In this document: piece by piece, positions 10,450-20,179 of the stretch
How positions within the stretch are numbered: position 1 is the first letter of the stretch
Layout: every line of letters starts with the position of its first letter
Origin: a bacterium
GTDB lineage: Bacteria > Patescibacteriota > Minisyncoccia > Phycocordibacterales > PALSA-1337
Direction: 5' to 3'
NCBI GenBank assembly: GCA_025355565.1
Contig: JANXZK010000002.1
Span: 15,238-79,237, forward strand
DNA length: 64,000 nucleotides
Made by a program: the position numbers and the translations under genes
Notes under the pieces: model-generated
Seen by the model: the letters and a program-made list of their open reading frames with translations, nothing else
The model's database searches: none
What the model was told of the DNA's origin: nothing

Positions 10450-12303
10450 CTACTGGAACATAACGGCCTTGAGTACACTTGAAATCTGTGAAGACTGCAA
10501 GAACAAGTTAGCCGGTGTTGAAGCTGAAGTTCCATAATTAAGTGTTGATACAGAGACTGTACCAGACTGTGCATTCGATCCGTTAGCTTGATAGGTGACC
10601 GTGAAGGTCTTTGTGCTACCTGGGCCAACGTAGAAGTACAGTGGAGGCACGCTCGTATCATCCTGGCTTGAATCATTATCAGAGAAATCTTTTGTAGAAG
10701 TCGAGATAGTGAATGTAGAAGAATGAGTGACTCCGACAGCCAAAGCTGCGTTCGTCGAAACATAGACTGGGTTGTTTCCAGCAGTCAAGCTATAAGTAAA
10801 CTTGAATGTTTGAGAACAAGTTGCCAATGTAGTGTCGCAAGTCTTTGCACCGAACGATGTTTGCAAGTTGCTTGCAGTGACGCCTGTGGAAGTAAAGGAC
10901 TGGGAATTCGCCAACAGAGTATTAGCTGAGTTATTTATAACAGTGTTATAAGTAGCATCAATAACTGATGGATTGAAGTAGGCACTAGTTGATACCGTTC
11001 CTGCTGTAGGCAGAGATACTCTCAATGTGGTGTTGTCAATGACTCCAGCAGTATTTTGGACAATCGTTGCTGAAATAGTCATAGGTACATATACATCAGC
11101 AGTCAACGGAACATTCAAATTACTGAATGTGGTAGTAGTACCAATCGTGCTAGCTGAATATGTCTGACCATTAATCTTCAATTGTACATTCGCAAGAGCT
11201 GAAGCAGCGGACACTCCAGCTAGGCTGTCAATTTTGACATCCAACCTCTGAAGTGTACCAGCTTCATTCTGAACCTTTATATCGAAGATACCGAGGACAA
11301 CGTTCTGAGTTTGAGCGGCTGTTGAAACCTGGATAAGTCCCTGTGCAGGTGAATTTGAATCAGTTGTTACAACAAGCTGACCAATGTTCGAGCCCTGGTA
11401 AGTGAAGCCTCTATATCCTGTACCCTCTGTTGTGGTAAGAGTACCGTCACCTCGTGTCTCTGTGCCTGTGATACCTGTTCCATCAACTGCACGAACCTGA
11501 GCCTGTGTGATAGCAATCGGACCACTTGAGCGATCTGAAACCGCGTTGAATGATAGATTGACTGTCAAGTATTTGCTCTGAGTTGCTTTAACAACAAGGT
11601 TGACTGGGACTGTGATCCTGTAATCTGAACCAACAGTGAGTTCGCTGAAATTACCTTGATTCAAGTTGTTGACTGAACCAACGACTGCACCTGTTTCATC
11701 CTTGATCGTGATCGAGTTAGCATAAAGCCAAACACGGGTATTGAAGTCAAGAGAGAAATTGGTAACTGCCATATCGGAAGCGTTAGCCTGAAGCTTGTAT
11801 CCTACAACATCGTAAGCCTGGCCCTTGTAAGCTGTTACGCCTGAAGGAGTTGTCCAGATTGAGAATGCAAGAGTACCAGCAATGCCTGGAGTTGTGATCC
11901 CTACTGGAGCACCAACTACTGGAGTTGTGCCTGTCCTAGGAGTACAATCATATCCAACTGGACAGACTACTGTACCTGTTGGAGTTGTTAGTGAAGAAAC
12001 ATCTGAACCATTCAAAGCTGCGCGGGTCAAAGGACCAACGAAACCTGTTGAAGGAATGCTGTTTTCTGCTTGGTAAGCTTTGACGGCTGCCTTGGTTTGT
12101 GAACCGAAGTAACCTGTCTGTGCTGCGCCTGAAGCAATAGAAGGAATACTGTACCCTGCGCTCATGAGCATTCTCTGAAGAGCTGTAACTGAAGCACCTG
12201 TTGAACCAACCGTTAGGTTAGAATTAAAGGTGAAACCCTGTGCTGAAGCGATCATAGCGACTGCCAATACGGCAACGCCTGTCGCGATCATTATTTTTTT
12301 CAT
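10450..12303 (-). CDS. Large secreted PG-binding, Thr-rich surface protein (S-layer candidate)
   Basis: Signal peptide MKKIMIATGVAVLAVAMIASA; PG_binding_1 motif TGYFGSQTKAAVKAYQ; Thr/Ser-rich beta body; long leader and own terminator. Confidence 0.7.
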   Translation of the reverse strand: MKKIMIATGVAVLAVAMIASAQGFTFNSNLTVGSTGASVTALQRMLMSAGYSIPSIASGAAQTGYFGSQTKAAVKAYQAENSIPSTGFVGPLTRAALNGSDVSSLTTPTGTVVCPVGYDCTPRTGTTPVVGAPVGITTPGIAGTLAFSIWTTPSGVTAYKGQAYDVVGYKLQANASDMAVTNFSLDFNTRVWLYANSITIKDETGAVVGSVNNLNQGNFSELTVGSDYRITVPVNLVVKATQSKYLTVNLSFNAVSDRSSGPIAITQAQVRAVDGTGITGTETRGDGTLTTTEGTGYRGFTYQGSNIGQLVVTTDSNSPAQGLIQVSTAAQTQNVVLGIFDIKVQNEAGTLQRLDVKIDSLAGVSAASALANVQLKINGQTYSASTIGTTTTFSNLNVPLTADVYVPMTISATIVQNTAGVIDNTTLRVSLPTAGTVSTSAYFNPSVIDATYNTVINNSANTLLANSQSFTSTGVTASNLQTSFGAKTCDTTLATCSQTFKFTYSLTAGNNPVYVSTNAALAVGVTHSSTFTISTSTKDFSDNDSSQDDTSVPPLYFYVGPGSTKTFTVTYQANGSNAQSGTVSVSTLNYGTSASTPANLFLQSSQISSVLKAVMFQ

Positions 12304-12346
12304 TTTTTATAATTTTACGCACCCCTCTCCACTTTATTAATAATTC

Positions 12347-12378
12347 GTCCTACGCCGCTCTCGCGAGCTTCGAAGGAC
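12347..12378. repeat. Short palindromic REP-like element, copy 1
   Basis: GTCCT-ACGCC-GCTC-tcgc-GAGC-TTCGA-AGGAC. Confidence 0.5.
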
Positions 12379-12540
12379 AAGGAAGGAGAGTTAAATGCGG
12401 CTAGTAAACTAACTGATAATCTAACTCGATTCCACTTCTTGTGTCTGACGCTATCGACACGCTAGATACAAGATTTTGTGGGTACACGAAAGACGAACTT
12501 TACAAACTAATTATTATTCAGTTTTCAAAGTTCGTTACTT

Positions 12541-12569
12541 GTCCTACATAGCTTTATGCGAAGTAGGAC
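12541..12569. repeat. Short palindromic REP-like element, copy 2
   Basis: GTCCTAC-ATAGCTTTATGCGAA-GTAGGAC, same ends as copy 1. Confidence 0.5.
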
Positions 12570-12825
12570 TCCCCATCGCCTTATGCTCTGGGACGAGTAT
12601 GTAATAATTACGAGACCGCTTACACACTCGTTGCAAAACATTATAGCTCACTATTCACCTATCATGCAAAAGGGCTATGTGTGGATAACATTATTTACTA
12701 AAAAGGGCATCAAATCCATGCAAATCCATGCTTTTGTGGCTCTGTGTAGTAATAGAGCCATTCTATAGGATATGGCATCGAAAGTCAATGAGCCGCGAGA
12801 TGTTACCTGACTCTCTCAGGTTAGG

Positions 12826-13632
12826 TTATTTCAACGAATACCTACTCCATCTCCTTTCCCCTTCCTTCATGATGAGACCCCTACTAACCAGATCCAGGAG
12901 CTCACGTTGAATAGTCTTCTCGCTGCAATCTTTGATGACTTTGGCAAAGTCTTTGATGGTAAGATTGCTCTGCGTCTTTAGGACATTCAGGATCGTCTCT
13001 TGTCTATTTGTTTTCTTCTCCCGAATCGATATGTGTCCTTGAATAGATGTTCTATTGCTTGATACTTCATACTTCACACCCCCCGCCTGTCCTTTAGCAT
13101 CACCTTGGTTGGGATTGCCGCCACTCCTACTATCCAATCTAAAGCCTGAGCTAAACAGATCAGGTGTCTTAAAGAATGACTCTGACAGCACGTAACCAGC
13201 CTTTTCGGCACTCTGAGCGAGACGGTCACGGAGCATAGCGACAACGAGATCGATCTCTCTCACGAGCAATCCATGATTCATGTCAGAAATAAGGTTGGAG
13301 ATCTTGGCAACATTCAATAGCGAAAGAGTTTCCAGTGCCGCGGTGAAGATAGACTGGATGACGCCGCTCTTGTCTCCAGGGACTGAACTCGATGCCGTAA
13401 AGGACGAAGAGAGAAGATCTATACCGCGATCTCGCAATTCCCACTTGATCGGCTCGTCATCCTTGAGAAGTCCAGAAACGAGATAGAGCGCAGCAGTGAT
13501 CTTTTCTGTCTTTTTGAATAGATAGACCAGATAGTCTTCAGCCGAGAAAAACCCCAATGATTTCCAGTTTAATGGGTTACTGAACGAGTCTGGGTTGTTT
13601 GTCTCTTTGTTGTCCATATTTGTCTTTTCCAT
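12826..13632 (-). CDS. Helical protein with C-terminal DeoR/BlaI-like winged HTH
   Basis: RQETILNVLK...LTIKDF...CSEKTIQRELLDLV..GLI.KEGERRWSRY. Confidence 0.7.
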   Translation of the reverse strand: MEKTNMDNKETNNPDSFSNPLNWKSLGFFSAEDYLVYLFKKTEKITAALYLVSGLLKDDEPIKWELRDRGIDLLSSSFTASSSVPGDKSGVIQSIFTAALETLSLLNVAKISNLISDMNHGLLVREIDLVVAMLRDRLAQSAEKAGYVLSESFFKTPDLFSSGFRLDSRSGGNPNQGDAKGQAGGVKYEVSSNRTSIQGHISIREKKTNRQETILNVLKTQSNLTIKDFAKVIKDCSEKTIQRELLDLVSRGLIMKEGERRWSRYSLK

Positions 13633-13818
13633 GTCCTATACATTATTTCGCTGTCTTTTAGAAAAAATGTTGATATTCCTTGTCTTTGAACATGTCCATT
13701 ATAGTCTTTGAGTTAGGAATTGCAAGCGAGAGTCTTGTCCACTCCTTAGAAATAAGTTTCACAATGCAAAATATGTTATTATCTAATGATAATAACAATC
13801 AAATCACCACTAACCATC

Positions 13819-16158
13819 ATGGCAAAGAAAAAAGATACAGATAGGGCATCAAAGACGCATCTCTTGGATGACATGAACACGGGGACAGTGCAGACGATAT
13901 TTGCCATACTATCATTCCTCGTGACAGTGATCGCGCTCCTAGCCGCATTCGGCAAAGCTGGCGTCGTCGGAGACTATGCATTTATGTTCTTCTCCAGAAT
14001 GTTCGGCATCGGCTACTATCTCATTCCTTTGGTATTTGCCATGCTGGGAATCACTTTCTTGCAGGGTGTAAAGAAGCGATTTGAGATCTCAAAAGGCATC
14101 GGTGCCCTCCTATTCTTCCTGTCCGGATTGGGACTCATCCACATCGCCTACGGAGGAGCCGGGGGGGTCTTTGGACGCATCATCGACTACCTGTTCCTAA
14201 AATCTATAGACACTATCGCCACGACGATACTCATGGTCGCGCTCCTCGTCATCTCCGTGTTCATGACATTTAACCTGCACCTGTCATGGGACATGATCGC
14301 GATATGGAGAAAGAAGGGATTGACCGAAGATGAACTGGAGGTCATGGCGAGAAAGAAGAGGGGTGACATCGAGGATGACTCGATCGAGAAACTAGCCGCG
14401 GCGGCAAATGCCAAGGATGCTGACGGACTCTCTGCTCGAGAGATCGAGGCAGCAGCGGCAAAAGCTCGCACGGATGCTCTGGCGGCAGAAAAGAGGAGGA
14501 AGAGTGGTAATGGCGCGCTCGGACTCGATCTATCGGATGATGACGAAGCTGGGTTTGCTTCTTCGATGTCGATGCCGAGCCTGAAACCGTTCACTCCTCC
14601 ACCATTGTCACTGCTCGAGAAAGATCGCGGTAAACCTGAGACCGGAGACATCAAATCCAACGCCAACATCATCAAGCGCACTCTACAAAATTTCGGTATC
14701 ACTGTGGAGATGGACGAGATATCGATCGGACCATCAGTCACTCGATACGCTTTGAAACCCGCAGAAGGCGTGAAACTTTCCCGCATCGTCGGACTGAACA
14801 ATGACCTCTCTCTAGCTCTCGCCGCCCACCCTATCCGTATCGAAGCACCGATACCCGGCAAGTCTCTAGTCGGCATCGAAGTCCCGAACACTGCCAAAAC
14901 CACCGTCGGTCTAGCTACACTCTTGGCCGCCACAGATTTCCAAGGATCGGAGAAACCATTGCTCGTTTCACTAGGCAAAGATATCACTGGCGATGCGCAT
15001 TTTAGTAATGTCGGAAAAGCTCCGCACATGCTCATAGCTGGAGCGACCGGATCCGGAAAATCAGTGACTATCCACACCATCATCACTTCTCTCCTATATC
15101 GCAATTCCCCACAGAGCCTGAAGCTCATAATGATAGACCCCAAACGCGTAGAATTGACCCTATACAACAAAATCCCGCACTTGCTGACTCCTGTTATCAC
15201 TGACCCGAAAAAGGCCATTCTAGCTCTAAAATGGGCCGCCAAAGAGATGAGTCGCCGTTACGATATCCTAGAGAAGAATACCGCGCGAGACATCGATTCG
15301 TACCACAAAAACATTCTGGCACCCGCAGTCGCCAAATGGAAAATGGGAAATGGAAAATGGAAAAATGACAAAACAGACAGCACAAATAAATCCGCGACCG
15401 ACGCTGGCCCCACCGCACTTCCTGAGACCATGCCATATATCGTCATCGTCGTCGATGAATTGGCTGATATCATGCAGTCATATCCTCGCGAACTAGAGTC
15501 CGCGATCGTCAGGCTCGCTCAGATGAGTCGCGCCGTTGGTATCCACCTCATCATCTCCACACAGCGTCCGAGCGTGAACGTCATCACCGGTCTCATCAAA
15601 GCCAACATCCCGACCCGTATCGCTCTCCAAGTCGCTTCTCAGATCGATTCACGTACCATCATCGACCAGATGGGTGCGGAAAAATTACTCGGTGCCGGTG
15701 ACATGCTCTACCTCGGCGGGGAGATGTCCAAACCTATCCGTCTGCAATCAGCTTATATCTCCGAATCAGAAGTCAAGAAAGTCGTGAAATACATCGTCGA
15801 CCAATACAAAGACGAGATCAATGACACCATCAACTTTGCCGCCACACCTACCGAAGCTGGTGCCACGGCCGCATTCGATGCCATGAGCGACAGCGACTCA
15901 CTCGATGACGATGATGACATGTATGAACCGGCGAGAGAGATGGTCATCACCAACAACCGAGCTTCGACTTCCTTGATCCAGCGCAAGCTCGGCATCGGAT
16001 ATTCGAGAGCGGCCAAGCTCATGGATATGCTCGAGGAGCGTGGAGTCATCGGTCCAGCAAATGGTTCAAAGCCGCGAGAGATCATCGGAGTTGGTGGTCC
16101 AACAGAATTACCGCCGTCCAACATCGAAGATGGCAGTGCCCAAAACTTGACGATCTGA
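13819..16158 (+). CDS. ftsK: DNA translocase FtsK/SpoIIIE
   Basis: N-terminal TMs; PHMLIAGATGSGKS; VDELADIM; TQRP; gamma domain ASTSLIQRKLGIGYSRAAKLMD; start probably ATG 13819. Confidence 0.95.
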   Translation: MAKKKDTDRASKTHLLDDMNTGTVQTIFAILSFLVTVIALLAAFGKAGVVGDYAFMFFSRMFGIGYYLIPLVFAMLGITFLQGVKKRFEISKGIGALLFFLSGLGLIHIAYGGAGGVFGRIIDYLFLKSIDTIATTILMVALLVISVFMTFNLHLSWDMIAIWRKKGLTEDELEVMARKKRGDIEDDSIEKLAAAANAKDADGLSAREIEAAAAKARTDALAAEKRRKSGNGALGLDLSDDDEAGFASSMSMPSLKPFTPPPLSLLEKDRGKPETGDIKSNANIIKRTLQNFGITVEMDEISIGPSVTRYALKPAEGVKLSRIVGLNNDLSLALAAHPIRIEAPIPGKSLVGIEVPNTAKTTVGLATLLAATDFQGSEKPLLVSLGKDITGDAHFSNVGKAPHMLIAGATGSGKSVTIHTIITSLLYRNSPQSLKLIMIDPKRVELTLYNKIPHLLTPVITDPKKAILALKWAAKEMSRRYDILEKNTARDIDSYHKNILAPAVAKWKMGNGKWKNDKTDSTNKSATDAGPTALPETMPYIVIVVDELADIMQSYPRELESAIVRLAQMSRAVGIHLIISTQRPSVNVITGLIKANIPTRIALQVASQIDSRTIIDQMGAEKLLGAGDMLYLGGEMSKPIRLQSAYISESEVKKVVKYIVDQYKDEINDTINFAATPTEAGATAAFDAMSDSDSLDDDDDMYEPAREMVITNNRASTSLIQRKLGIGYSRAAKLMDMLEERGVIGPANGSKPREIIGVGGPTELPPSNIEDGSAQNLTI
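15334..15368 (+). repeat. In-frame heptamer array inside ftsK
   Basis: AAATGGA AAATGGG AAATGGA AAATGGA AAAATGA, encoding KWKMGNGKWKN. Confidence 0.75.
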
Positions 16159-16198
16159 TCACTGGATTTGATCCCGCATCCATATATCGACGACTCAT

Positions 16199-16579
16199 AT
16201 GACCAGAACTTCTCTCATTCGATCGATCAAGATCATCGCCTCCGCATTCGCGGCACTACTCATCATCGCCTTCGCTGTTTGGCGCTCGCTCGATTACGCT
16301 CGAGGACCGAAAGTTACGATCAGTTTACCCACGAACGGCGCGGAGATCACAGCAAAATATGTAACCGTGAAAGGCCGAGTCGAGAGAGCCAATGATCTCC
16401 TCATAAATGGCAAAGAGATCAACGTCGACGAGCATGGCAATTTTTCCGATAACATCGTGGTCTTCCCTGGTATAAATGTGATCACTGTGACCGCAAAAGA
16501 TCAGTTCGGTAGGTCAGTCAAGGATCAGCTGACTTTGATTGGCAATGATGGCTCATCTTCTACGAGTCTCACAAATTGA
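16199..16579 (+). CDS. Membrane-anchored Ig-like domain protein
   Basis: N-terminal TM; ISLP.NG...VTVKG...LINGKEI...PGINVITVTAKD.FG pattern. Confidence 0.65.
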   Translation: MTRTSLIRSIKIIASAFAALLIIAFAVWRSLDYARGPKVTISLPTNGAEITAKYVTVKGRVERANDLLINGKEINVDEHGNFSDNIVVFPGINVITVTAKDQFGRSVKDQLTLIGNDGSSSTSLTN

Positions 16580-16688
16580 GCAACACAAAAGGATAAAGGG
16601 GACTTGTGAGCGCGACTGGCGCGAACACGAGGAATTTTTCAGCAGAAAAATATCCGTGCCCCTGAGTCCTTTTGTGTTGCTCAATTTG
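16572..16688. repeat. 117-bp element with 22-bp perfect terminal inverted repeats
   Basis: CAAATTGAGCAACACAAAAGGA at 16572 and its reverse complement at 16667; internal hairpin ATTTTTC-agca-GAAAAAT. Confidence 0.75.
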
Positions 16689-16738
16689 GTGATAATATAT
16701 GATTACCTGCAAATATTATCAGAACTAATTCAAAGAAA

Positions 16739-17881
16739 ATGTCATTTCAAAAACAGAAACCCAAAGCCAAGACCACTGTGCAAGAGTCGAAAAATGCAGA
16801 CATGCCCGAGGAAAAGGCGGACGCAGTCAAAACAAAAGAGATAGATACGGAAACAAACAACGATGAATCAGCGAAGAGTGGCCGTGATAACCCATCGAAC
16901 AAGAGGACAGCCACAGATGTGAGCGATGCCTTAAACGTGATCCGCATGAAATTTGGCGAGGACTCGATCATGAAGCTCGGCGACAAGCCGAAGGTCAACG
17001 TGAACGCCGTCCCGACCGGATCGATCGGTCTAGATTGGGCGCTCGGTATCGGCGGTATGCCTCGTGGCCGTATCGTCGAGATATTTGGACCTGAGTCATC
17101 GGGCAAGACTACCCTGGCACTACATGTCGTCGCTGAAGCTCAGAAACGTGGAGGAGTCTGCGCATATATCGACGCCGAGCACGCTATGGACCCCGAATAC
17201 GCAAAGAGGCTCGGTGTGAAGATCGATGATCTGCTCATCTCACAGCCTGATACAGGCGAACAAGCCCTGGAGATCGTCGACAGTCTCATACGCACAGGCA
17301 AGATGGATGTCGTAGTGATCGACTCCGTTGCCGCTCTCACACCAAAAGCCGAGATCGAAGGAGATATGGGCGCGCATCACGTAGGTGCGCAAGCTCGTCT
17401 CATGTCCCAGGCACTCCGTAAATTGACCGCCATCGTCGCCAAGTCCAAGACGATCGTCATTTTCATCAACCAGATCCGCATGCAGATAGGCATCATGTTC
17501 GGTAATCCTGAGACGACCCCGGGTGGCAAAGCACTCAAATTCTACGCTTCCGTTCGTCTCGATATCCGCCGTATCGCCCAGATCAAGAAAGGTGAAGAGG
17601 TCATGGGTGGACGTTGCCGAGTCAAAGTGGTGAAGAACAAAGTTGCCGCTCCATTCAAGCAGACTGAGTTCGATCTCATGTACAATGAGGGCATCTCCCA
17701 GGAAGGCGAGATCATCGCTCTCGGAGAAAAATATGGACTATTACAGAAATCCGGTTCCTCCTATTCATTTGGTGAAGAGAAACTCGGCCGTGGATATGAC
17801 GCAACCAGACAATTCCTCAAAGAAAACCCGAAGATCCGCGAAGAGATCTTGAAACAGATCAGAGCGAAATTAAAAGAATGA
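16739..17881 (+). CDS. recA: Recombinase RecA with charged N-terminal extension
   Basis: [44 protein letters not shown]. Confidence 0.97.
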   Translation: MSFQKQKPKAKTTVQESKNADMPEEKADAVKTKEIDTETNNDESAKSGRDNPSNKRTATDVSDALNVIRMKFGEDSIMKLGDKPKVNVNAVPTGSIGLDWALGIGGMPRGRIVEIFGPESSGKTTLALHVVAEAQKRGGVCAYIDAEHAMDPEYAKRLGVKIDDLLISQPDTGEQALEIVDSLIRTGKMDVVVIDSVAALTPKAEIEGDMGAHHVGAQARLMSQALRKLTAIVAKSKTIVIFINQIRMQIGIMFGNPETTPGGKALKFYASVRLDIRRIAQIKKGEEVMGGRCRVKVVKNKVAAPFKQTEFDLMYNEGISQEGEIIALGEKYGLLQKSGSSYSFGEEKLGRGYDATRQFLKENPKIREEILKQIRAKLKE

Positions 17882-17920
17882 GATTATAGTGACTCATATA
17901 ATCAGATCCCAACCGTAACT

Positions 17921-18859
17921 ATGCAAAATCCATCCAAAATCATCCCAAAAGGACATCGCAAAATCATCATCTCTACCATCGCGGTCGCGATAATACTTAT
18001 CACTAGTGGTTGGTATATCTATAGTAGATTGACTTCCCTTTCAGCAAACCTAAATATGCTCTCCAACCAATTAGCGACACTCGAGACGAGGCTATCCTCG
18101 ACGACTGCTTCATTGCAGAACAATATCTCTCAAACTAGCAATAACCTGAATAGTGCTATAAATCAGCAGCTCCAAAGTTCCGCCGCCATAGCGCAACAAC
18201 TCGGAACATACCAGCAACAGGTCGATACCGTCTCGAGCACTGTCGGAACATTACAGAAATTGAGCAATACCGATCCCCAGCTCCTACAGAAATATTCGAA
18301 GGTATTCTTTTTGAACGAGTATTATGCCCCGGCAAAACTAGCCGCGATACCAGGTGATTATGAGTATAGCGAGACCAAGCAGCTCACATTGCAAGCTGAC
18401 GTCTGGCCACACTTGAAAGCACTCATAGACGCGGCAAAATCTAGCAGTGTAAACATATATGTATATTCCGCCTATCGCTCATTCAATGAGCAAAGCGCTC
18501 TAAAGAGCGACTACAAGATCACTTACGGAGCAGGGACAGCCAACTCATTCTCAGCTGATCAAGGATATTCGGAGCACCAACTCGGCACGACAGTCGACCT
18601 CATAACTGGCGGACTCGGTGGCGTATTGGATGGATTCGACGGAACGAAGGCGTATATATGGCTACAGTCAAATGCGTGGCGATATGGTTTCGTCCTCTCA
18701 TATCCGAAGGATAATAAATTCTACGTCTATGAACCGTGGCATTGGAGATTTGTCGGCGTAAAATTAGCAACCGACCTACACAATCAAGGAAAAAATTTCT
18801 ACGACCTCGACCAGAGAACCATAGACGCGTACTTGGTCAATTTCTTTGATCCTCAGTAA
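17921..18859 (+). CDS. Membrane-anchored D-Ala-D-Ala carboxypeptidase (M15B/VanY-like) with coiled-coil stalk
   Basis: SAYRS, SEHQLGTTVD, YEPWHWRFVG motifs; N-terminal TM and Gln/Ser/Asn-rich coiled region. Confidence 0.88.
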   Translation: MQNPSKIIPKGHRKIIISTIAVAIILITSGWYIYSRLTSLSANLNMLSNQLATLETRLSSTTASLQNNISQTSNNLNSAINQQLQSSAAIAQQLGTYQQQVDTVSSTVGTLQKLSNTDPQLLQKYSKVFFLNEYYAPAKLAAIPGDYEYSETKQLTLQADVWPHLKALIDAAKSSSVNIYVYSAYRSFNEQSALKSDYKITYGAGTANSFSADQGYSEHQLGTTVDLITGGLGGVLDGFDGTKAYIWLQSNAWRYGFVLSYPKDNKFYVYEPWHWRFVGVKLATDLHNQGKNFYDLDQRTIDAYLVNFFDPQ

Positions 18860-18873
18860 TAAATTCGTCAATA

Positions 18874-18955
18874 AAAAATTAACTTTCCTACCGTCTCCTG
18901 CGGGCGCTAATCGCTAGCTACCCGTCCTCGGAGCACGTCTGGAAAGTTAATTTTT
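18874..18955. repeat. 82-bp inverted-repeat element between convergent genes (possible bidirectional terminator)
   Basis: AAAAATTAACTTTCC ... GGAAAGTTAATTTTT with GC-rich nested arms. Confidence 0.65.
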
Positions 18956-18977
18956 GATTTATCTAAGATATCTCCTA

Positions 18978-19235
18978 CTATGACAGATGCTTGGAAACGA
19001 GCTTGGTCATTTCGAACATATCGACGACATCTTTGCCGCCAAAAACTTTCTTGAGGCTCTCATCAGCATTGATATTGCGCTTGTTCTTTGGGTCTTGGAG
19101 GTTCTTTTCCTTGATGTATACCCATAGCTTCTTCACGACTTCTGACCTTGGCAACGGACCCTGTCCCACTACTGCGGCGAGTTCTGCACTGACTGTGAGC
19201 GGCTTCATAAATGCTGAATTTGGTTTTGTTGGCAT
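18978..19235 (-). CDS. Stand-alone SWIB/MDM2-domain protein
   Basis: SAELAAVVG..PLPRSEVVKKLWVYIKEKNLQDP.NKR.I.AD..L..VFG....VDMFEM. Confidence 0.9.
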   Translation of the reverse strand: MPTKPNSAFMKPLTVSAELAAVVGQGPLPRSEVVKKLWVYIKEKNLQDPKNKRNINADESLKKVFGGKDVVDMFEMTKLVSKHLS

Positions 19236-19331
19236 ATATATGATTGTTGATTAATAACCCTATAAGTATAACACACAAATATTGCTTTTAGGCAATAATC
19301 GTGTAGACTAGACCGATAACATCATAAACCT

Positions 19332-19904
19332 ATGGCTCTACTAGAATACAATGAAATAACCGAAAAAAAGTACATCGTCTTGGATGGCGCGCCATACGAA
19401 GTCATCACTTCGCACGTCTTCCGCAAGCAACAGAGGAAGCCGGTAAACGCAACGAAACTGAAGAATCTCATGACCGGGAAAGTCACCGAGTATTCTTTCC
19501 ATCAATCAGAAAAGATCGAGCAGGCCGAGATCGACGAGCGCGAAGTAAAATATCTCTATAACAATAGAGGAGAATGGTGGTTCTCTGAGGTAGATGATCC
19601 AGCGAAGCGATTCAAGGTCACCGAAGAACAAGTAGGCCCACAAGGTAAGTTTTTGAAAGCGAACACCGTGGTCACACAACTCCTATTCAAGGATCAGCCG
19701 ATGGGTTTCAAGATGCCTATCACTGCCGAGCTACGAGTTACCGAAGCCCCTCCCAACATCAAGGGCGATTCCGCCGCCGGTGGCAACAAAGTCGTCACTC
19801 TGGAGACTGGTGCCACGATCAATGCTCCCCTCTTCATCAATGAAGGCGAAGTAATCCGTATAAATACTGAGACTGGTGAGTATAGGGAAAGGGTAAATAA
19901 ATAG
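19332..19904 (+). CDS. efp: Elongation factor P
   Basis: KLKNLMTG, YLY, TEAPPNIKGD, LETG...APLFINEGE.IRINT..GEY..R. Confidence 0.92.
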   Translation: MALLEYNEITEKKYIVLDGAPYEVITSHVFRKQQRKPVNATKLKNLMTGKVTEYSFHQSEKIEQAEIDEREVKYLYNNRGEWWFSEVDDPAKRFKVTEEQVGPQGKFLKANTVVTQLLFKDQPMGFKMPITAELRVTEAPPNIKGDSAAGGNKVVTLETGATINAPLFINEGEVIRINTETGEYRERVNK

Positions 19905-19941
19905 CGAAAAGAAGGTCGTCCTTCTTTTCGCTATTTATTTA
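19894..19941. terminator. 22-bp perfect hairpin, bidirectional terminator between efp and rpsR
   Basis: TAAATAAATAGCGAAAAGAAGG-tcgt-CCTTCTTTTCGCTATTTATTTA, overlapping the efp stop. Confidence 0.8.
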
Positions 19942-19955
19942 GCTCCTAACCCTAA

Positions 19956-20159
19956 CTAACTAGCGACATAGGGCAATAGGCCCATGAACCTGGCACGCTT
20001 CACCGCAACAGCGAGCTGACGCTGATATCTAGCCGAAATACCGCTGCGCTTCCTACTCAAGATACGGCCATGTGGATTCAAGAACTTGCGGAGGATCTCC
20101 GTATCCTTGTAATCGATGAACTTGATATTGTGCTGACTAAAATAACATTGTTTCTTCAT
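19956..20159 (-). CDS. rpsR: 30S ribosomal protein S18
   Basis: IDYKD...L.KF...GRI.SR..SG....QRQL..AVKRAR..GLLPY. Confidence 0.95.
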   Translation of the reverse strand: MKKQCYFSQHNIKFIDYKDTEILRKFLNPHGRILSRKRSGISARYQRQLAVAVKRARFMGLLPYVAS

Positions 20160-20179
20160 ATTTGTAATTTTGTTTATAA

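Noticed and set aside
12650-12690. Replication origin near TGTGGATAA at 12680
   Set aside because: Only one clear DnaA box and no dnaA/dnaN context.
14187-15242. 351-aa minus-strand ORF
   Set aside because: Antisense shadow of ftsK with no recognisable motifs; the same applies to most short track ORFs overlapping called genes.
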